In this document: positions 25,191 to 40,201 of the stretch, piece by piece
How the letters are laid out: every line of letters starts with the position of its first letter
Numbering within the stretch: the stretch's first letter is position 1
DNA from: Geosiphon pyriformis uo1
Lineage: Eukaryota > Fungi > Glomeromycota
Direction: 5' to 3'
DNA length: 64,000 nucleotides
Assembly (NCBI GenBank): GCA_016748015.1
Contig: JAAOMT010000003.1
Span: forward strand, 1,306,373-1,370,372
Notes under the pieces: generated by a model
Seen by the model: the letters and a program-made list of their open reading frames with translations, nothing else
Database searches by the model: none
What the model was told of the DNA's origin: nothing
Translations under genes and position numbers: made by a program

Positions 25191-28100
25191 GTCGCTAGAA
25201 GTTTCGCTCTTTTGCTCAGCGTCTAAGACCATCTGATAAAAGCAAAGACGAAGCGAAAGTGAATGGGAAATGACTTGTTTTTATTTTTTAGGATTACTAG
25301 ATTTATCGTGAGATTGGGTAAACATTGCAAATCTAGCCAATTTGTGTGACGAACGCGTTCAAGCGGCTGTTGTAACACAAATGCAAAGGAAGTCTCGAGA
25401 ATTATACGGGCAAAAGGGGCTAAAAAAGTGAAAGAATGTTTTTTTCATAAATTTGTACATAATCACACAACATCTTGTCTTGCATTGCATTTCCATCGAT
25501 TTTTGGCAACTTGGCATTCAGATAAAAACTTCAATTTTTAAACTTAAAAAGTTTTTTAACCTATAAATTTTTATTTCAAAATATATACTTAATAAAATAT
25601 TTTTTATTAAAAGCATTTGACTTGTATTAAAGATTATTATTTTAAAAGCATAAAAATTGATGGTTCATTACCAATTAATACCGATTGAGTTTTGGCTTAT
25701 TTGTAAAAAGTAAATATTTTTATCATTTATGTCAATTAACAATTATATCAATTATGTGCCCAATTCAATAATACAAATAATGGAATAATAAATTTAAAAA
25801 ACTTCTTATTAATACAATACAATATAATATATTATATATAATATAATATAATACATACAATTAATATTTTGCATTATTGCATAATACATTAATTTATTTA
25901 AATAATACACAATTGTTAAAAATAATACAATTTAATACAATTCAAAAATATATTTTATCCTATTTTACAAAAACATATATTAATTTAATTAATTTTTGTT
26001 AATAATTACGATTAATTATATAATGTAAAAATACAATTAAAAAACAAAACAAAAATCTTTACTATTATTATTATTATTATTCTTTATTATTTAACATTTA
26101 CAATTTACTGAAAGCTTATTTAAAACCACAAAAACGAAACAAAATAAATAAATGAATATTTATTTTAAAACAAAAATATAATATTATACTTTAACATATT
26201 GTGAAATAAAAAATGTGAATAAAAAAAAATTTTTAACATTTTAATATTCAAAAAAAATTATATCATAGATATTTAATTAATATATTTATGAAAAAATTTT
26301 TTATTTTGAAAATAAATTAATTAAAAACTAATTATAATAAATATAAATATATACAAAACAAAACAAAAAAAAACATATATAAATTAATAAATACTTAAAT
26401 TATAATTAAAAACAACCCTTATTTTAAAATAATTTAATATATTTATCTAAGAATAATTTGTAAAAGTTTAAAATTATTATTAAAACTTGTAAAGAGGTAA
26501 GAAAATTTTTACAAATATATCTAATAAAAAAAAATATAATAATTAATTTTCAATTAATTTTTAACAATATTTAATCTAAAACTGAATAAATATAAAATTT
26601 TAATTTTTTAAATTTAAACATTTTATGTCTTTGAAACACAATTAAAATTTTGTTTTCTTAATTTATATTCATCAATTTTTAAATTTTATAAAATTGATAA
26701 TTAGTTATAATGTTTATTGTAAAAATATGTTTAATTATAAAAAATACAATTATTTAATGATTTCGATTGAAAAAATCGAAAAAAGAATAACACAAGAGTT
26801 TTAATTTCTTTTATTTAATTTAATAAATTGAATAAAAATCGTTTATAAAATAATAATAATAATAAGATATATTCTATTAATGAAAAATCTTGAATATTAA
26901 ATAAATATAAATTAATAATTTTTTATTAAATTATTAATTCAAAATTTATTTTGAAATTTAAAATAATAAATTATAAAAAATTTAAATATTTTTTTAATGT
27001 GTTTAAATCCAATTTTTAATTAATAATAATTTAAAAAATATTTTAAATATAAAACAGATATTAGAACAAAAAAACTAAATAAATAAAGTAGATAAATTTA
27101 ATAATATCAATTATAATTTATAAATTTTAAGATTCAATTAGTTTATTTTATATAATAGATTAAGTAATTTAAGTATAATTATTAAAAAAATAAAATTTGG
27201 TTTAAAAGCTAAATTTATTTTTAATATTACTATTATATATAATTTTTATAATTTAAAATTTTTATAATTTTTATTTATTTTTACACTTTTTTAGAGTTAT
27301 TCTGGTATTTTTATTGGTATTTCTGAAATTTCTGATATTATATTATTTTTTTAATCTTAATATTTAATTAATTGGTTATAATATATTATAAATATTAATT
27401 ATTCTTTTTATTTTCTTTATAAATAATAACATTAAAAATAATTTAATAAAAAATTCAAAACTAAAACATAGAATTAATTTATAAAAAGTTAAATTTACCA
27501 AAAAAATAAAAAACATTAAAATAAAACATTAAATATTAAATGTTAAAATATTATACAAAAAACTTTAAACCAAAATTTTTATATTTATTAAATTTTTTAG
27601 ATATTATTAAAAATTATTAAAATTAAATTATAAGACTTAATTTGATAAATTTACTTATAGTAATAATATTTAAAAAAATTTAAAATACAAATATTATACA
27701 AAAAGTTTTATATTATTTTTAAACATTAATTAAAAATCAATTTTAATATAAGATATTTTAATTTTAAAAAAAATACCAAATATTAAAATAAAAATTAATT
27801 ATTTAGAAATTTGTTAATTAACAATAATTTTTTAATTATTATTAAAAACAGCACTATTAAAAAACAGGAAAAAAATGATTTGGTTTTATTTAATTAGTTT
27901 AATTTTTAAGATTAAATAATTTAATAAATTAATTAAATAAAATTATATGTAAAAATATAATTTATTTTGCTTTTAAAATCAATATTAACCAAAAACCAAC
28001 ATATTAAGTAATATAACCAAAAATTAATTTAAACCAAAATTAATTAATATGTTTTTATTATTATTATTTAAAATAAAAATTAAAGTTTATTTATAATCAA

Positions 28101-29899
28101 AACAAAATTAAATATTATAATTAATATAAATAATATAAAATTAACAAAAAGCTAAAAAATAGATAAAATTAAAACTCTTATAAGAAAAAAAACTGACTTT
28201 AAAAATAAAAAAAGTTTTTTAAATATTTTAAAAAGATTAATTATTATCAATAAAAATTTGATTTATTAATTAACATAAAATTATTTTTATAATTTTTATT
28301 ATTAATTAGCATATATTATTATTTTAATTTATTACTTATTATTTTATTAAATTATTAAATAATAATATCTAATCAATAACTTAATTTATACAATATACAA
28401 ATACAACTAAATATAATAATCAGATTATATGATATATTAAATTATATAACATTCAAAAATTTACTAAAATATTTAAAAATTTGATAAATATTTAATAATT
28501 TATTAAAATAATTAATAGTTTATAGAAAAAATTTGTAGTTTACCAAAATATATTTTTAGTTTACTAAAATATTAAAAAAAATACAAAATCATAAAATAAT
28601 ATTATAACAAATTATATAAAAAAAGCTTTTTTTTTCGAAAAAATATATTTTTGTTTAAAATTATTTTATTTAATTTAGATAAGTAATTAGTTTTTATAAA
28701 TTAATTTAATAAATTTATATTTTAAATATTACCAAATTTTAATAATATTTAAAACAAAAAAAATATATCAAAAATTTAATTTAATTTAAAAATTATTAAT
28801 CTAATATTTAAAATAAAATTTTTTTTAAATAAAATTACAATAAAAATTTACAATTAAAATTATTTATTAGAATTATTAAAATATATAAATTATAATTTAT
28901 TTATTAAAATTACTTATTTTAAATATTTGTTTTATTAAAACAACTATTGTTAACAATATTTATTTTAAAAATTTAATAATATTTAAACAATAATTTTTAA
29001 TTATAACTATTAACAGAATATTAATTTTCTATTTATTGTTTTTTTATTATTATTTATTTTGTTTTATTTTGTTGTTTGTTGTTTAAACTAATTGATTAAA
29101 AAAAAGTATTAAAATTATAACATTAAAAATTATTTGGTAAAAAATATAAAAATAAGCATAAAATTAACTTATTAATAATTAAATTTTTTATTAAAAATAA
29201 AAACACCAAAATAAACTAGTTATTATATTAAAAAAATCAAATATTAAATATTATTATTTATTATTATTTAAATTTTTGCTTATTATACAAAAAACTTAAT
29301 TCTTAAAATTTTTAAATTCATTAAAAATTTTCAGATTAATTAATTAATTTATAATATTAATTTATAGACTATTAAATTATATATATATTTATAATAATAT
29401 AATATTTTTTTAATTAAATAACAATTTATTTACTATTGTTAAAATTCTTAATAAATTTGGTTTTTATATGTTTAATAAACATATATCTTTATTTTTAATC
29501 ATATTTTTTTTTGAAAATTTTATAAATATTTTTCTAATATTATGTTTTATAACTTTAAATATTTGAATTATTGTTTGTATTTTTAAATAATACTTGTTTT
29601 TAATAATAATAAAATAATAATTGCAATTATGTTTTTTTTTTAAATTTTATGAGTAAAATTCAAATATTATTTAATATAATATATTAAATTAAGTAATTTA
29701 AATTAAATATAAATAATGTATTTACTATACATAATCAATTACTTAAAACAATTAAAATAACATTAAGTTTTTATATAAACATTAATATTATTATTAATAT
29801 TAAAAATAAATAAACATAAAATACATATGTTAAAGCTAATATTCAAAGTTTTAACAATATTAAGTAATTTAATTATATTTCTTAACAATATATTTAAAA

Positions 29900-31400
29900 A
29901 ACTATTAATAAAAAAAGGCACCAAACTATTTAATAAAATTAAATTTTTTTTTCATAATTATATAATGCTTAAAATAGATAAATCAAATTTTATTTTTATA
30001 AATTAAAGCCAAATTATATATAAAACTTACAATTTTATTAACAACAATCTTAGAATTTCTAAAAACAAAGAAAAACTTCAAAAATTAAGTCTTAAAAACA
30101 AAATTTTTGTACAAAATAGTATATACTATAGTATTTAATAAACATAATAATAATAATTAAGACATATAAAATAAAGATCTGTATAAATCAGAAAAAAATT
30201 CTTATAATAGTCTAAAAAACCAACAAAATATTATAAATAATAGAATCTAATAAACATAAAAATAATTAATTAAAAAACTTAATATTACTATACAAAAAAC
30301 ATAAAACACTATAGTAATATTTATTTATAAATATTTGTAAACAGTCATAAGCAACCAATAATAAAAAGTCTTTATAAAATAAAATAAACACCTATAGTAA
30401 TTCAATTTATATATCTAGCTATTATATGAGAATTTAAATACAATACTTATAAAGAATCAGCCCAATCTATGTTTTTGAATAAACTTTGATCTAAAATAAT
30501 GATATTATAATTGGTTTTTTAATAAATAATATGTCTTGTATTTTCAAATATATATGTACTATTAGTCCTTAAAAATTTTTTTAAACTATAGTTAGAAACA
30601 CCAAATTCAAAAAAAAACATAATACTAACCAATATATTAGCTTTATTATTATAAAAAACACCAAAATAATTTTTAATTTTAAACCAAAACACATGTAAAT
30701 TTTTTTATTAATTATTTTTACAATATAATAATATTTTATTTAACAATAAACACAAAAACCAGACAATACTGAGATTATCTTCAAAAAACAAATTTTCAAA
30801 GCTATTTAACTATTTAAAAACACCATAATTATATAAAAAAAAAGATGTATTTCAAAATCAACATAATAGCTTATAACTTAGCTAAAATAAATAATATCAG
30901 ACCAAAAATTTTAATATTAATACTTAAATCTAAATTTTCAAAAAATAGTACAACACTAGTTTTTATGTTTATTAAATTTAAACTTTTTAGAAAATTATTA
31001 GTGTAAACAAAAATACAGAAAAGATTAATTTTTAATAATTTATTATATATTTAATAAAATTTTTCAGAATACAAGATATTTGAAAACTAAATATCTTTTA
31101 AAAAAAATATATATTTGTAGATTTATTAAAATATCTAAATATGCTACTGTTAATTCAAACTATATAGAGACTAAACTATAAAAATCAAGCTATTTTCAAT
31201 GCTTAAAGCTTTTTTAGTTAAGAATTTTACTATTTTTATTATGCAGTTATTCAATAAAAACAATATTAAAATATTTAATTAAGCAACAAATCTTAAAAAA
31301 ACAGAATTACCAAGAACTACAAACATTAAAGTATTTCTAAAAAACCAAAATACCAAAAACAAAAAGCCATTTAGAAATAAATTATAATCACAAAAATTTT
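29900..31400 (-). pseudogene. Degenerate LINE ORF2 3' region including an RNase H relic
   Basis: 30627-30689 on the minus strand translates to FWFKIKNYFGVFYNNKANILV, which reverts to the RNase H motif W.KVKGHSG...N..AD by C>T/G>A changes only. Extent is approximate. Confidence 0.55.
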
Positions 31401-31998
31401 TATCATATTAGTTTCAATTAGCATTACTTTTAATTTATGTTGAATTTTTATTTAATATATTATTATTATTCTTTTATTTAAGAATCTGAAAGTTAGCTTA
31501 GTGAGTTTTTTTAACTTTCTAATAAGTATTCAATAATTTTTTCTGGTGAATGTCTTTATTATTAAATTTGGTATATGACATAATGTTTTTATTAAAATTG
31601 TTGCTAATAGCCACTGTTATGCTAGTTTTTTAAGAAAAATTCTTGTTATATTTTTACATTTTTAATTGTGTTTTTTCTTAAAACTTCTATGAAAATACTT
31701 TTTTTATCTTGTACTAATATTAAATATCTGTATTTTTTTACTTATAGTAAAAAAGTACTTTATTTCTAATAAATTAAAAGAGAATTAAAAATAAAAAGTA
31801 AAATTTAACAAAAATTAGTATTTCTAAAATAATCTTAATTAGAGATTATTTTTTTAAAAATATAGAGAGCTTATTCTAAATTTTTAAGTTAATTGTTGAT
31901 TTTGGCCAAGATATTACAAGTATTTTTTATATAATTTTATGTATTTAATATTTTTTTAATGTGTTTTTAATTTTGTTAAGCTTGGGTTTTATTTGTGC

Positions 31999-32795
31999 TG
32001 TTACAGATAATTATTTGGGGTCTTAAGTCAAATAACAAATTCGTAACTTGGTGCTTAGTTGGTTTTCTGGTGTTGATATCTGAAGGTTTTGGTGTGGAGT
32101 TTTTTGTATAATGGACAGAGATTTAGTTGATGGATTTTTTATCCATAGCTTTCCGAAACTGCAGTTTCATCAAATTTTTTTCTTAGTGTGGTGGCCAGTA
32201 ATCCTTCTGGTAAGCTATTCTCAAATCTATGAGTGTTCTACTCTTGTTTTATGGGTTTTTTACCAGTCCCTATGACATCTGTAATACAGTACTTAATCCT
32301 TAATCAATTTAGTAAAACCAAAGAAATAACAAAAGAAATAAAAGAAAATAAAAGAGACTAAAAGAAAATAAAGAAACAAGTAAAAGCAATTACAACTTAG
32401 TATCTTGTCAATAGCTGTGATTAAGAGCTATTGTTTTAGTGTGGTCAAGTTTCAGTTACTATTAACATAAAGTGTTGATAGTGGAAAGTGGATTAAGATA
32501 GTAAATAATTATTTATTGATATTTGTAAATGGAAGATTGTTTAGATCAAATCTAAACTGAGATGTCTCTAATGGAAGAATTCTGCTCTTTTTATTTCTAA
32601 TGCTACTGCTATATATACATAATTGATATTCTACAAGATTGCTTACATTCCCGAGCAATGTGCTATGATTTCTTAAACAATGTGCCATTTTTCTGACATT
32701 GCTCCACATTGCTGAGCAATGTGCTCACATGCTAAATACTATTCTCTTATTGGTTTGCTATTTTCTATATCTGTTTTCTTTTTTTATGAATAATA
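31999..32795. mobile_element. Solo LTR (~797 bp), 4-bp TSD GTGC; same family as 51367-56525 in opposite orientation
   Basis: Starts TGTTACAGATAATTATTTGG and ends TTATGAATAATA (mutated ..TATGAGTAACA). GTGC lies at 31995-31998 and 32796-32799. The first ~130 bp align to the reverse complement of ~56380-56525. Confidence 0.75.
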
Positions 32796-33799
32796 GTGCT
32801 TTTGTTAGTATGTTAAATGTTTCTATTGTTGTTTTTTCTTAATGAAAAGACAATAATAAAAGGAAAAATAGTGGTTTTTTTAGTTATTTGTAATAAAACC
32901 AGATTATAAAGATAAAAGGTTTTCAATTTTATTAATTTTAATATTAGTAGATATTATAATAAAAAGCTTAAAAGACATACTATTTAGCTTTTCTTAAAAT
33001 TTATAATCCAATTTTTTTATTTTTTTTTTATTTTTATTTTGTCTAATTGACTTTTTGTTTTTTATTATTCTTTTTTTTTGTATGTTTTTTTTTCTAATTA
33101 GAGAGCTATTATATGTATACATATTTTAAGTTATATATAATCATATCTATTTTAACTAATTAGTAAATAATTGCCAAGCTATTGGGTTTTCTATTTAACT
33201 GTAAGAGTCTCTTGGCTTACTTGTTTGTAATTATATTAAATTGGACACATTTGTGTATATTTTACATACTATTATGTACACATTATGTTTTCTAATTTTA
33301 TTTATTAATTTGTGCTATTTATATTGTTATTTAATAATTAGTTAATATATTATAATATTATTACTTTTAATTTTTGTTAATTTCTATCAAGTAATACTAT
33401 TTCAATCAATGCTATCAATTTAGTGTTAGTTAGCATATTATCCCAATTATAGGGGTTTAAAATTATAGAAACCTAAGCTCTTTTTTATAAAGTAAAAACC
33501 ATGTTAATATCTAAACAATAATTTAATAAGACTAAGAAACAAGTTATAATTTCAGAATTATAGTGTTTTCACAACTTGTTTAAAATGCCAAATAATTCAG
33601 CAGTCTTGCCATTAGATAAATTTTTTATTATTAGAGTCAATTCATCTGAATTGATTTGTTTTATAATCTCAAAAAATGTTTTATTTTTAAAATAATTCAA
33701 AGACATATATTGTCAAGACAAAAAATTTGGCACCACTTTGGGCACCAGTTTTTTCCTAGTCTAGTTTCTCATGATCTTATTTATTTTGTTTTTTACCAT

Positions 33800-36700
33800 T
33801 CCAGATTCCAAAATCAAATCATTATCAATTACCAAATAATTTAAAATTATTTTCTAAAAAGGTTTTCTAGAACACTCTTAATTATATAACTCTTGTTTGT
33901 ATAAAAGTTTTTTATCTTCTTATTAATTATGTTTTTAATTACAACTGTCTTTATAGTTTCGAATTTTTGGTATTTGGATATGCAATACTTTTTCTTGATT
34001 TTTAATAAAAAAAAGTGTATTTTTTTACTCTTTATTCTACTTTTGGCCAAAAATAACAGCTTAAGAGAATTGTTAACATTCAATTTTGATCAAATTTTTT
34101 TAAAACAATCAAACTTAATAATATTCTCTGAAAAAAAAACTTTATCATTTTTGAAACCAAAATTCCAATTTGTAAAATCTTAAAAACTACTTGTTCTTAA
34201 AATTGCTGAAGTTCTTAAATTAAACCTTATAAAAAACTTTGTCTGTCAACTTAATTATCACTAATCTTAGAAGCTTTTACATAACATTTAAATTACTTTG
34301 TTTTTTTAAAATATAAAATCTGTTAAGCACACTAAATATCTACTCTAATAAATATTCTCTAAACTAAGTCTACTTTAAATTATCTGTATTTTTAATGCCA
34401 AATTTCCATTAATTTTTATTAGCTTGCTTGTAAATTATATTTAAGCATTTATTTAAAAAACTGCTCAAACCAATTAAAATCACAACAGCTGAATAATTAG
34501 TATTAAAAAAATCAGAAACACCACAAATTTTATGTCTAATTATTGTTAACAAAAGATGTTTACTGACCAAAATATAGTCAATAGTTTTTTTTACATCTTT
34601 TGAATTACTTTATATTAAAATTTTAGTAATTAAATTACTTATCTAAGAATTATACAAACCCAAATTGAAATATTTCTTAAAGTTCATACTATGTTCTATA
34701 CTATTTTCATTAAAATTGCCACTTATCATAACATAAAAACTTAAATTAATTACCATAGCAATAATTGAATTCATCTTATAAGCTTAATCAAATTGCACAT
34801 TAGCCAAAATACTAGTATACAAATCCAAAATTGTTATTGAAATTTTGTTGTTAAACAACAAATGAATTGAAATAAAGCAACTAAGAATTTTAGAAACTTT
34901 GTATATATGTCTAGTTAGAGCATTGTTTATTATTATTGTTATTTTAGCACTTATGTAATCAGTGTTTAAACCAGAAACAAAAAATTTTACAATTTAAAAT
35001 CTATTTTTTATTTAAAATCTAGTTTGTTTCTTTAATTTAATCTTAATAATAATAGAAATCTAATTATTAAATTTATTGTGCCATCTGATTATATCTTTTT
35101 GCTTAGCTATATTGTTTATGCCTCTAACATTATATATAGCTATTTTCCAGATAAAATTACATATTAAGATAAAAAATGTGCCAAAAAATCCAAACCAACA
35201 CACAATTAATCTAACTTCTTTAAAATTGAGTCAATAGAAATCTTAAGAGCAACCATTTTTGACTTTAAGCCATCAATTTTAGTGGTCAAAATCCTTAAGT
35301 TACTTAAATTTAAATCAAAAAACTTATTTTCTACAACTGAAAGTAAAGAAAAAAACAATACTAAAAAGTTATCTATAATTATATTCAAATCTAATCTTGA
35401 GTTTAAGAGTTTTGAAACTGCTAAGACAGAAGATTTAAAAGTAAATACCAAAGACACCAATTCTATATTGCTTAACTTATACATAATACTAGACATTTGG
35501 TTAGACAAAAGTTTCAAAGAACATTCTAATAAGACAGATAAGTATTAGTAGATATATTATTTAAAGCAACAGAAAAAGCTTTACCAACATGTAAAGCACT
35601 AAAAAAAGGCAACCCAAAACCAAAACCAAAACCAAGATAAGTAACATTAGAAAATATAACAGATAAAACCATTAGTAACACTATTTGTGTTCAGAATTTG
35701 TCACTAAAAACAGCAGGTCAAGCAATGAAAACATTTTTTTTCATATAAAGATGGGCCAACTAAAGATGATTTTCATTCAACACATTTTTTTTATAATTTT
35801 TTTTTAAAATAAAGACAGATAAGCCTAAAAAATCACATTCAAGAGATGAATAACCAAATCTATTTTAGTCCAAAAGAGCTTAACATTATCTAAAATAGAC
35901 TTTATATAAAAAACTGACTTTAACTTTTTTTTTAATTCAAAATCAATTACTATATAGCAAATCTTATTACCAGTTTTAAATAAATGATTAATAATACAAG
36001 TATTCCTACCAGTCTTTTTTAACAGATTAACAAAATTATGAGCAGTTATTTTCACAGACAGAATAAACAAAAGTACCTTAAAACAATTTCTTAACATTTA
36101 AACATCATAATTTCTTATAGCTTTTGCCATATGTACTGAATTTTTCCAATTAAGAATAACTATTAAGCTGCTAAAAAATCAGCCTGTTTTAATTTAGCAA
36201 ACTCTACTACAGTCTTTTATTACAGTTTAATAAGTTGTAATTTAATTAATATAATCTGACTATACTTAAATACTACAGCAATAATTATTTCTTTTAATAT
36301 ATCTATGAAAATTTTTTTGATTACTATAGTCTAATCTAAGCATATTTTTTGTCTTTTAATATTATTGTTTATAATAATTTTTTTATTTTTAGCCAATAAT
36401 ACAGTCTTCTTCATATTTTTTTGATGTGAATATTGATTAAATAATCTTTTTAAATTTTGAAGAAATAGTGATCTTCTTAAAACTATTAATTAATAAAAAC
36501 ATTTTTTTGATATATTGAGTTTTTGCTATTATTGATTTGCTTTTAACTGTTAAAATATTAATATTCAATATAAAAGACTTCTTGACAGATATTTTTACTT
36601 AAGTTTTAGTAATTTTAAGATTGATTTATTTTTTGTTTAAAGAAATAGATAAGTAAAAAGAAAGAAAAACCTTATTATTATCTATGTTATAATTAGAAAA

Positions 36701-37060
36701 ACCAATTAGAAAACCAAAAACAGCACTAATATTAACTTGTTTGACTTTAAGTATATTTGTCTTAAAGTCAAACTGCTTTTTTTATTATTATTTGCCTTAT
36801 AACTATTATTATCATTAAAAGTAATTACTTTAAAAGTATTTTTATTTGTATCTATTTTAGCAAACTAATTAATAACATGTCTTACACTACCAAAACTTAA
36901 ATCTGCTTTATTATTTAAATGGTTTACTTTGTTAAAAAAAACTTTTTGTTTTAAGTCAAGCTTTTACTAATTGAACCTAATGTTAAAATCCTGGCTGGCC
37001 TTTTTTTAATTGTAAAATTACTCATAATAATAATTAACTCAATAACAAAGGATGTTTTTT
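33800..37060 (-). mobile_element. Old, heavily mutated LINE related to the element at 1-2590 (ORF1 ~35165-37060, endonuclease leftward of ~35163)
   Basis: ORF 35206..35517 (ILTTKIDGLKSKMVALKISIDSILKKLD) matches the ORF1 C-terminus VLTAKVDGLETKLVTLEASVGSVLDKL; the ORF1/ORF2 junction is colinear. Confidence 0.8.
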
Positions 37061-39156
37061 GAGAAATTGTAAAAAGTAAAAATAAAACAAAAAAACTTTT
37101 TTAAATTTATGCTCTTTGGAAAATTTTAGAAATTTATATATATATATATTATTTTTGGTTATATAGAATAAAATTATGTTTATTAAATTATAAATTATTA
37201 ATTATTTGTATTTTTTAGACTATTTTTTAAGTAATTTTATAAACTTGAATGTAATTACATATTTTTGTGTATTGTTATATTGTATTATATTTTTTGATTA
37301 TTATTTATAAATTTATATTATTTATATTATTAAATATTTTAATTAAAAATTAGTTAATCTATAATAATATTAATAATAATATTAATAATATATGTTAATT
37401 TTTATTAAATAATATTAATTATAATTAATTACTGAAAAAAAAACTTTTAATTAAAAACAAAAATAATGTTTTAAAATTAGCAAAAGACTAATTTATTATT
37501 TTATTTAAAAAAAGCAATTTTATAAAATATTATTAAGCAATTTTAATAATTATAAATATTTTATTAATAAAAATATTACCAAATACTTTAAAAATAAAAA
37601 TATTACAACTTTTATTTTTTGTTTTAATTGTAATTATAAAATAAATAAAAAATTATATTTGTATTAGTAATTTAAAATTACAAAATAAATTATTTATAAT
37701 AAATTTTATTAATATTATTAATTAATAATAAATTTTTTTTTGTTTTTATATAAAAGTTTTTTTTATTCAAAATTTTTTTAAAATAATATATTATTAAAAG
37801 TTTTAAAGCTTTTAATTATAAATTAATAATTAAGTATTTATTTATTTTTTATTATTAAAATAATAAAAATTTAAAGCCAACTTTTTGGAAATACTAAAAA
37901 ATATTTTTTTTGTTAATTTTAAATTATTTTATTTTTAAATTTTTTTGGTTTTTTGATATTTTTACCAATTTTATTATAAATATATTAATTATATTATTTG
38001 GTTATTAACAATATTTTTTTTGTTTTAAATAATAATAATAATATATTTAATTTTAACTTAAATTAATAATTGGCTGTATTATTTTATACATTAAATTTTA
38101 ATTAATTACTGTTAGTTTTAAAAACAAAACAAGTTATATTTTAATATACTATTTTGATTAATTATATTTTTAAATTACTTAATTATAAAATTAAACAAAT
38201 AAATAAAAACCAAATCATTTTTTTTTGAAAATACTGCTAATTTTGGTAATATTTAAAATACAATTATTAATTATCAAAAATACTTTAAGTAAATAATTTT
38301 TATTTTAATATCTGGTATTATTATTAAGTTTTTACATGATTTTATTAAAATAAAAATAGCTTTTAAGAATAATATTAAGCTTTTTTGTATAAAATTTATA
38401 TTTTAAGTTTTTTTAAATATTATTAATAAGATTAAACTTATTAAAACAATTATTTTTTTCTTTGTTAAAAATTATTATTAAGTTTAAATTTTAATAAATT
38501 CAAAAACCTAAAATTCAAATTAATTTTAATTTAAATTAAAATCTAATAATTTAAAAAGTAATTTAAAAAACTAATTTTAAATTAATATTAGAAAACCATT
38601 CTTAAAAAAAATTTTCTTGTATTATTTTAAGTTATTTTATATTATTTTGTGTTATTACAACTATTTTATATTATTTTAAGCTATTGTAAATTATTATGTA
38701 TTATTATGTATAATTATGTTGTTTGAATTAATTTACTGTGATTATTATGATTGGTTAAATTTAATATTGTTAATTATTGATTTGTTTATTTGGATAACAA
38801 TGAAAAAAGAACTATTTTGGTATTTAATTTAAATTAATATATAAAAAATTGCATGTATAAGCTATGTATGTAAATAATAAATTCAATAAAAATCAGTTTA
38901 TTAAAATTTTATTACTTAAAATTTTTAAATTAATTATAATTGAAATATATTCCAAATCAATAATATAGCTATTTTTTTTGCGAAAAACCTTTAATTTTAT
39001 CGTAAATAAGCCAATCAATGAATGATAAATGTCGCTAAAGCGTAATAGGTTTATCAAAATTTCTGTGCAAACTGGTAATCTATTCACCTGTCTTTTAGGA
39101 ACCATTTCTTATACAAATGAGATAAACACAAGCTTGGGTCTGCTCACTTTAAAAAT

Positions 39157-40101
39157 TCATTGACCAATCTTCTCAAAAAAATCATCTTTTTGAAATCTTT
39201 GATATTCTTCACGTGCAAGTGAATTATGGGCTACTTGAATATCGGTGTTAATATCTTCAATAAGGGCAGCTTAGTAAATCCCAGGTTTACAAGGAAAGGT
39301 AAGTCAAATGATAATTAGTTCGTTTAACAGAATTTCCAAAACGCTTGAAAGCATTGGATATAAACGAAAATGAATCAGAAAGGAAGAAAGGAATCCATAC
39401 TTATAGAATTATAATCTTTTTCTGGTCGTATATACCCCAAAACAATTACACGTAGCTCTTGATCATAGAAATCTTGGGGAAACTTATGCATTATATGAAC
39501 TTCCTAAAGTTATCAGGTCCGAATGTGCAATCGCACAAGGAAAAAGCCCCTCATTAAAAATTCAAAAAACCAAAGGTAGCAAGTAGTAAAATATTCAAAT
39601 CATAAAAAAGAAAAGAATTATATACAGCTTAATTAAATGATTTCACCTTAATATGAATGTTATCATACATACCGCACTCTGTTTCTCATTTTTGAAATAT
39701 GGGTTCCACCCAAGGCTCATGACCATTGGGTAAATAGGGGTGGTAGGAAGTTCACTCTCCAAATTGCTTTTAATAACCTGAGCCCAACCAAAATAAATAC
39801 CCGTTGCTAAACCCTTACATAAGGCGTCTATTGCATCTTCAGAAAGGTTTGCTAGATAAAAGACAAGGTTTTTAGTGCATTATGTGAGAATTTGTGGATT
39901 AAAACTGATGGCTTGAAGCAAATTCATACCTGTCGGAATTCCGAGTTCTTTACTACCACGACCGAAACCTTTCACAACTTTACCCTTCATTTGTATTGGG
40001 TAGGGTGGGCCTGGTATGTCAGGACCAACGATTTGTGGTCTGAGCTCCGCTTGTATAAGTTTCGAAGAGGAATTATTACTTTCATTAGGAACATTAGTCA
40101 T
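39157..40101 (-). CDS. FMN1: Riboflavin kinase, 4 exons
   Basis: [18 protein letters not shown]|[42 protein letters not shown] and LIEDINTDI. Confidence 0.95.
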
Positions 40102-40201
40102 TTTGAAATTAATGTACCAAATTTTTTTTGTGTCAACGTGTAGCCACGCTGGTCTTTTATTATTTCAGCTATAAACATGTGACCTTTTCATAAAGCCAAC
40201 T

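Larger units (their letters stand above)
25500..39000. repeat. ~13.5-kb AT-rich block of nested, hypermutated TE relics
   Basis: Extreme AT content and near absence of CpG; recognisable LINE and LTR remnants are embedded. Confidence 0.8.

Noticed and set aside
25500-31000. Mitochondrial or endosymbiont (Mollicutes-like) DNA insertion suggested by extreme AT content
   Set aside because: No organellar or bacterial genes are present; the recognisable remnants are nuclear TE families found elsewhere in the window.
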